DNA from: an uncultured delta proteobacterium
GTDB taxonomy: Bacteria; Myxococcota; Myxococcia; Myxococcales; Myxococcaceae
Reading direction: 5' to 3'
NCBI GenBank assembly: GCA_963771175.1
Contig: CAVYSY010000026.1
Location: forward strand, 626,158 to 690,157
DNA length: 64,000 bases
Part shown: one piece after another, positions 56,474-64,000 of the stretch
Layout: each line of letters starts with the position of its first letter
Numbering within the stretch: the stretch's first letter is position 1
Translations under genes and position numbers: made by a program
Notes under the pieces: generated by a model
What the model saw: the letters and a program-made list of their open reading frames with translations, nothing else
Databases searched by the model: none
What the model was told of the DNA's origin: nothing

Positions 56474-57601
56474 CTACAGCACCGCCAGGTCGTCGCGGTG
56501 CACGGCCTCGTCCAGGTAGCGGTAGCCGAGCACCGATTCGATGTCGGCGCTCTTGAGCCCGGCGATGCGCCGCAGCTCCCCGTCCTCGTAGGAGCTGAGC
56601 CCGCGGGCGAAGGCCTGCCCCTGCTCGTCCACGAGGTCCACCGGGTCTCCCCGTCCGAAGTCGCCCTCCACCGGGCGGATGCCCGAGGGCAGCAGGCTGC
56701 GCTTGCCCACGACGATGGCCTCGCGCGCGCCCGCGTCCACGACGAGCCGCCCCTTGGGCTTGAGCGCGTGGGCGATCCACGCCGTGCGCGCGCTGCGCCG
56801 GGTGCCGGGGGTCTCGAAGAGGGTGCCCACGGGCTCTCCCGACAGCACGGAGCGCAGGCGACCGGGCACGGCCCCCGAGGTGATGAGGCAGCGGATGCCG
56901 AGCTCGGTGACGCGGGCGGCGGCGCGAATCTTGGTGGCCATGCCGCCGGTGCCCACCTGGGAGCCGGAGCCCCCGGCCAGGGCGAGCAGCTCGGGAGTGA
57001 CGGCGTCCACCTGGGCGAGCAGCCGCGCGTCCGGGTCCTTGCGCGGGTCGGCCGTGAAGAGGCCCTCCACGTCGGAGAGGATGATGAGCGCGTCGGCCTC
57101 CACCACGCCGGCCACCAGGGCGGCCAGGGTGTCGTTGTCGCCGAACTTCAGCTCGTCCACGGAGACGGTGTCGTTCTCGTTGATGACGGGCACCACGTCG
57201 GCCGCGATGAGGCGCTCGAGCGCGTGCTTCACGTTGAGGTAGCGGCGCCGGTCCTGCACGTCCCCGTGGGTGAGGAGCACCTGGGCCACGCGCCGGTCCG
57301 CCTTGTCGAAGGCCTCCTCGTAGGCCCGCATCAGACGGCTCTGCCCCACCGCCGCGCAGGCCTGCTTGCCGGGAATATCCTTGGGGCGCGCGGGCAGTCC
57401 CAGCCGCTCGACCCCGAGGGCGATGGCGCCGCTGGACACCACCACCAGCTCCCGGCCCTGGGCCGCCCACAGCAGGTCCTCGGCCAGGGCCTCGAAGTGG
57501 GCCCGGTTGAAGCGCCCCGTGGCGTTGGTCAGGGCGTTGGTCCCAATCTTCACCACCACGCGCCGAGCGGCGCGCACCGCGTCACGTCCAGAAAGGTTCA
57601 C
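56474..57601 (-). CDS. proB: Glutamate 5-kinase with PUA domain
   Basis: VVKIGT, VSSGAI, AAVGQ, INENDTV, FGDND, GTGGMATK, SLLPSG, VHRDDL. Confidence 0.96.
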   Translation of the reverse strand: MNLSGRDAVRAARRVVVKIGTNALTNATGRFNRAHFEALAEDLLWAAQGRELVVVSSGAIALGVERLGLPARPKDIPGKQACAAVGQSRLMRAYEEAFDKADRRVAQVLLTHGDVQDRRRYLNVKHALERLIAADVVPVINENDTVSVDELKFGDNDTLAALVAGVVEADALIILSDVEGLFTADPRKDPDARLLAQVDAVTPELLALAGGSGSQVGTGGMATKIRAAARVTELGIRCLITSGAVPGRLRSVLSGEPVGTLFETPGTRRSARTAWIAHALKPKGRLVVDAGAREAIVVGKRSLLPSGIRPVEGDFGRGDPVDLVDEQGQAFARGLSSYEDGELRRIAGLKSADIESVLGYRYLDEAVHRDDLAVL

Positions 57602-57761
57602 GCTCTAAAGGTATGATGGAAGTCGCCACGGTGGGGGCGTGTTGTACGAGGTCGGCGAACGCGGGGGTGAATCCGGGGCAGAAGGCCCCTATCCTCTGGG
57701 TGAAGACACCACCGACGGCGTTGCGCGGACGCCCTTCCACCCGCGCGGGAGAAGGACTCTT

Positions 57762-59520
<1,759 letters not shown>

Positions 59521-59577
59521 GCCCTCCCGAGCCAGAGGGTTGCGGGCCGGCACCGGGGCACCTACAGTCCCGGTGCC

Positions 59578-60015
59578 GTGCTCATGCCGCTTCCCCTCTC
59601 CGCACTGTCCCTGCTGGCGCAGCTCCCCCTTCCCGGCCTCGAGTCGGGTCTCGACAGGCCCGCCTCGTCGGTGGACCCCGACTACTTCGAGCAGCTGGAG
59701 CGCAACAGCCACATCATCTACCCCGCCCTCGGCGTGCTGGTGCTGGTGCTGGTGGCGCTCGCCATCCTCCAGTCCTCCAGGGCCCAGGACATGGATGGTG
59801 CCGCCAGGGCCGAGTTCAAGAAGCGGATCGTGGACGAGCTGCGCCGCCACCCGGCGGGCCTCATGGCCCCGGAGCTGGCGAGCGTGCTGGGACTGGACCG
59901 CAGCAAGCTGGTGCGCCTGCTGGACCAGATGCAGCAGGACGGCGTGCTCATGTCGCACACCACCACCCAGCGGAACACCGTCTGGCGCGTGAAGGGCGTG
60001 GGCGGCCGCACCTGA
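59578..60015 (+). CDS. Membrane-anchored protein with C-terminal winged-HTH-like domain
   Basis: TM helix, then [38 protein letters not shown]. Confidence 0.65.
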   Translation: MLMPLPLSALSLLAQLPLPGLESGLDRPASSVDPDYFEQLERNSHIIYPALGVLVLVLVALAILQSSRAQDMDGAARAEFKKRIVDELRRHPAGLMAPELASVLGLDRSKLVRLLDQMQQDGVLMSHTTTQRNTVWRVKGVGGRT

Positions 60016-60037
60016 GGAGGGCCGCCCCGACCCGCGC

Positions 60038-60832
60038 TCACACCAGCTCGGACTTGGGCTGACGCGTCATCAGCTCCACCACCGCGGCCCGGGGGCTCTT
60101 GCCCTCGTAGGCGATGGCGTACACCTGATCGCAGATGGGCAGCTCCACGCCCAGCTTGCGCGACAGGTCGCGCGCGCTCCTGGCCGTCTTCACGCCCTCG
60201 GCCACCTGCTTCATGTCCCCGAGCACGTCCTCGAGCGAGCGGCCCCTGCCCAGCTCCATGCCCACGCGCCGGTTGCGGGACAGCTCGCCGGTGCAGGTGA
60301 GCACCAGGTCCCCCATGCCGGACGAGGCCGGAGAGGGTGAGCGGGTTGCCGCCCTTGCGCACCGCGAGGCGCGTAATCTCCGCCAGGCCGCGGGTGATGA
60401 TGGCCGCGCGCGCGTTGTTGCCCATGCCCAGCCCGTCCGCGATGCCCGCGGCGATGGCGATGACGTTCTTCAGCGCGCCGCCATACTGCACCCCCACCAC
60501 GTCGTTGGAGGTGTAGGAGCGGAAGGTCTCCGTCTGGAAGCGCCTTCTGGCAGCGCAGGGCCACCTTGTCCCAGTGCGAGGCGATGGTGACGACGGTGGG
60601 CAGGCGCTGGGCCAGCTCCTTGGCGAAGCGAGGGCCCGAGAGCACGGCCAGGTACGGGTGGAACTCCTCCGGCAGGCAGTCCTCCAGCAGCTCCGTCATG
60701 GTGAGCAGCGTGTCGTTCTCGATGCCCTTGGCCACGGTGACGAGGGGCGACGTGACGGGGCAGGTACGGCAGCGCGTGGGCCATCACCTCGCGCGTGGCG
60801 TGGCTGGGCGTGGCCAGCACCACCAGCTCCGA
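60038..60832 (-). CDS. gpsA: NAD(P)H-dependent glycerol-3-phosphate dehydrogenase, 5' part missing at junction
   Basis: [39 protein letters not shown]; the N-terminal Rossmann GxGxxG segment is absent. Confidence 0.92.
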
Positions 60833-60926
60833 CAACTCGATCAAGGGTATGCCGCGGACAGCCGAGACCCTGCAGGAAATCCCGCCCACACTTTAACCCA
60901 ACTCTTAGATCCAGCGAGGAAACACG

Positions 60927-61524
60927 ATGAGTGAAAACCCGGATGTCATCCGAGCAGATATTGAAGCAACCCGTGCCCGCCTGGGCACTAATGTGGACGC
61001 CGTCGCTGACAAGGTCACGCCGTCGCACATTGTCCAGCGGCAGACTGACAAAGTTAAGGATGCAGTCTTCGGAGCGAAGGAGAAGGTTATGGGAGTCGGC
61101 CGACCACACCGCCGGCAACGTCCACTCAGCCGCCGGAAGCGCCGGCACGCATCGTCAGCGACGCGGGTTCAACAGTCGCGGCCGCCCCGGCACACGTGAA
61201 GACCAAGACCCAGGGCAACCCTCTGGCTGCCGGGCTGATCGCCTTCGGCGCCGGGCTGCTGGTGTCGTCCCTGATTCCGGCCAGCCAGAAGGAGCGTGAA
61301 GCCGCTGATGCCCTCAAATCGGCCGCCGAGCCATTCACGACGGAATTGACGGACGCCGCTAAGCACGTGGCGGAAGGACTCAAGGAGCCCGCCCAGGACG
61401 CCATGGCGAACGTCAAGGCCTCTGCCGCGGATGCCACCGGTAATGTCAAGAGGAAGGCCAAACCGCTGCGGCCGACGTCAAGGATCGGACCGTCGAAGCC
61501 AAGGACAACGTTCAGCAGGCCTGA
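60927..61524 (+). CDS. DUF3618-like protein, actinobacterial type (apparent frameshifts)
   Basis: PDVIRADIEATRARLGTNVDAVADKVTP; QGNPLAAGLIAFGAGLLVSSLIP. Confidence 0.75.
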
Positions 61525-61603
61525 GTCTGCGTCGCATGCGGCCGGTTGCCCTCGCTAAGCGGTGGGCGGCCGGCCACGTCGCTTTACCCAAGAAGGATTT
61601 TCC

Positions 61604-62770
61604 ATGGCCAAGAACCCTGCCGAGGCAGAAAATGACTCTATGACCGACGCCGAAACGAACCAGAGCAGCACCGCCAGGGCCCGCTCGGCGCCCGCCCCGG
61701 ACGATTCCCGCAAACCTGACAGCCCCACCGAGGTGCAGAAGCCCGCGTGGAAATACGTCCTCAAGCGCACCCTCCGGGAATACTCACGGGACCAGTGCCC
61801 GGACCTTGCGGCGGCACTAACGTACTTCGGCGTCCTGTCCCTGTTCCCCGCACTTCTGGCCCTGGTCTCCCTGCTGGGCGTCGTCGGCCAGGCCGAACAG
61901 ACCACCCAGACGCTGACCCGGGACGGTGCAAGGAGTGGCCAGCCCGCCGAATGGCCCAGGCCCTCCGCCAGCCGATCGAGCAGCTCGCCAGCGCGCCGTC
62001 GGCCGGCTTACCCTGATCGCCGGTCCTGGCCGGCGCCATCTGGTCCGCCTCCGGCTATGTCGGGGCGTTCGGACGGGCCATGAACCGGATCTATGAAATC
62101 GACGAGGGCAGGCCCTTCTGGAAGCTACGCGGCCGGTGCTCTTGCTGATCGCCACCGTGGTGATGCTGCTGCTGGCAGTGGCCGCGGCCATCCTGCTGAT
62201 CGTTGTCGGGTCCGTTTGCGGAAACCATCGGCAACGCGATCGGCCTGGGCGGGCCCGCCCTACGGTGTGGAACATCGCCAAGTGGCCGGTCCTGCTGGTC
62301 TTCGCCATCCTGATGATCGCGGTGCTGTACTACGCGACCCCGAATGTAAAGCAGCCCAAGTTCCGCTGGATGAGCCTGGGTCCGCTGATCGCGCTGGTGG
62401 TTTTGGCCCTGGCCACCTTGGCTTCTTCTTCTATGTGTCCAACTTCGGCAACTACAACAAGACGTACGGTGCCATCGGCGGGGTCATCGTCCTGCTGCTG
62501 TGGCTCTGGATCGCGAATAATTCCCTGCTGTTCGGTGCCGAGTTCGACGCCGAGATGGAACGCGGCCGGCAACTCCAGGCCGGCATCGAGGCCGAGGACG
62601 ACCATCCAGTTGCCGCCACGGGACACCACGACAGAGCGACAAGCTCCAGGCCCGCGAAGAAGAAGACATCCGCCGCGGGCGCGAACTGCGGGAACAGCAC
62701 GCGGATCCAGCCCGCACGGCGGGAAGGCAGCAACACTCCAGGAGACAACGATCGAGCGGACCGCCCCTGA
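61604..62770 (+). CDS. YihY/virulence factor BrkB family membrane protein (apparent frameshifts)
   Basis: DLAAALTYFGVLSLFP, WSASGYV, YYATPNV, YNKTYGAIGGVIVLLLWLW..GAEFDAE. Confidence 0.85.
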
Positions 62771-62779
62771 CGGATCGGA

Positions 62780-63418
62780 AACGTCAGGCTTCGCTGATGG
62801 CGGCGAGTTTGACGTTGTCGGTTGTCCTTCCCAGGTGCCGGTCAGCGTGAGCTGACCGATGGGTTGCTCAGTCGAGGTCCAGCAGCCGGACAACGAGCAC
62901 GTGGAAGTTGCCAGTCTCGACTCGCCGTCCCGGCGTCAGTGGGGCGTGGTGTGGCAGAGGAGAAGTCAGGAATTGCGTCTAGCTTCGGTCCGGTGCTGTG
63001 CACGACGACCGACTGGGCCAGGAGTTCCTGGTTTTCCTCCTTTTTGGAGGTATTGCTCTGCCTGCGGCCGGCCCAGCATGATGGTCGCTGCCAATGCCGC
63101 CACGTAGGTGGGATCGGCGCAGGCATCGTAAACCCACCTCGTGCCGAGAACGGAGTGCTCCATGGTGCCGACCAACCAAGGTTCCGCGCCGGCCAGGGGC
63201 TGGGCCCTGTAGGTGAGAGGGACTTGGAAAGTGGAGCTGCCCGCAGCGACGATAAGCGTTTCCATGCCGACTTCGCCGGCCGGGTCGTCGAACCGGTAGG
63301 AGCCCACTTTGTGCAGCGGTGCCGTGCCGGGCTCGGTGAACCATGGCTGGCGGGGTAGCCACTCGGCGAGAAGGTCGAGCTTTGTCGGCTGCAATTCTGC
63401 TTCGTGAATGATCGCCAT
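62780..63418 (-). CDS. Maltokinase N-terminal cap-like protein, actinobacterial (3' end uncertain)
   Basis: PTKLDLLAEWLPRQPW, YRFDDPAGEVG, QVPLTYR, HSVLGTRWVYDA. Confidence 0.7.
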
Positions 63419-63621
63419 GACTGCAAGCCTAACCGCGATGGAACCGAAATTCTGGCCTATCGGGTGACTGCGTGAACGAGGTCGTCCACCGGCCTGGAGC
63501 TGTCAAGCGCCCATGATGAACAGGCGGCAAGGGTTGAGGGTGTTCAGCACGCCGGTACTACCCCCTCAGAGCCTGTGTCCTGCGGTCTTGAGCACAGCGG
63601 TTCGGAGAGCAGAGCAGCGCG

Positions 63622-63970
63622 TTAGGTCTCCCGGTCGATCTGGAGGTAGCTGAGTCCGCTAATATCGAGCCAGAATTTGGTCGGAGTCTCCACGAGACGC
63701 AGCAGGACGCCCCCGCAGGCACTGCAGCGCACAACTATGCCTGGGGCGTCGGCATAGACCGATGCCTCCCCGAAGACCCCTGACCGAGCCACAGTTCTTG
63801 CACCGACCGATCGCCGCAATGATGTCAATGCGGAACAATTCCCACAGCGGTCCTGCCGCCGCGTTCCCGTCTAGATGAGGTATTGGATTGCCCGCGGTTC
63901 CGGCGATGTCCTGGTCCTCGAGGCGCGGGTCCTCAGCGCCAGGGGAAGCGGAGCCGATGCTGCCAGTCAC
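63622..63970 (-). CDS. DUF6510-like small Zn-finger protein (one apparent frameshift)
   Basis: LDGNAAAGPL, RCKNCG, APGIVVRCSACG. Confidence 0.7.
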
Positions 63971-64000
63971 CGTATTCCTCCCGTTCGCCGAAGCGTTCGG

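Overview
Bases 1 to about 60830 are high-GC myxobacterial chromosome (Cystobacterineae-like; Archangium/Cystobacter style is an inference). Many conserved genes carry scattered single-base indels, which look like long-read or low-coverage errors rather than real pseudogenes. Core content: an ECF sigma/anti-sigma/DUF3106 operon with a Ser/Thr kinase, a cobalamin riboswitch ahead of class Ia nrdAB, glmS-glmU, ggt, purU, an ABC exporter, acnA, acs, a CHASE2 cyclase-SH3-M48 operon, a PafB/PafC-like WYL pair linked to an FHA protein and a cardiolipin synthase, proB, hflX and gpsA. An accessory region (about 19.1-30.7 kb) holds a DUF2381-like gene facing a protein with a VirB10-like motif, two tandem nuclease-fold lipoprotein/partner cassettes (DUF6310/DUF5953-like), a patatin lipoprotein and a SitA6/SitI6-type toxin-immunity pair. 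A further lipoprotein nuclease/partner pair at 54.5-56.4 kb is preceded by twin palindromes. At about 60830 gpsA is cut mid-gene and the sequence switches to Arthrobacter-like actinobacterial DNA, most likely a chimeric junction. All family calls come from motif recognition by eye; no searches were run.
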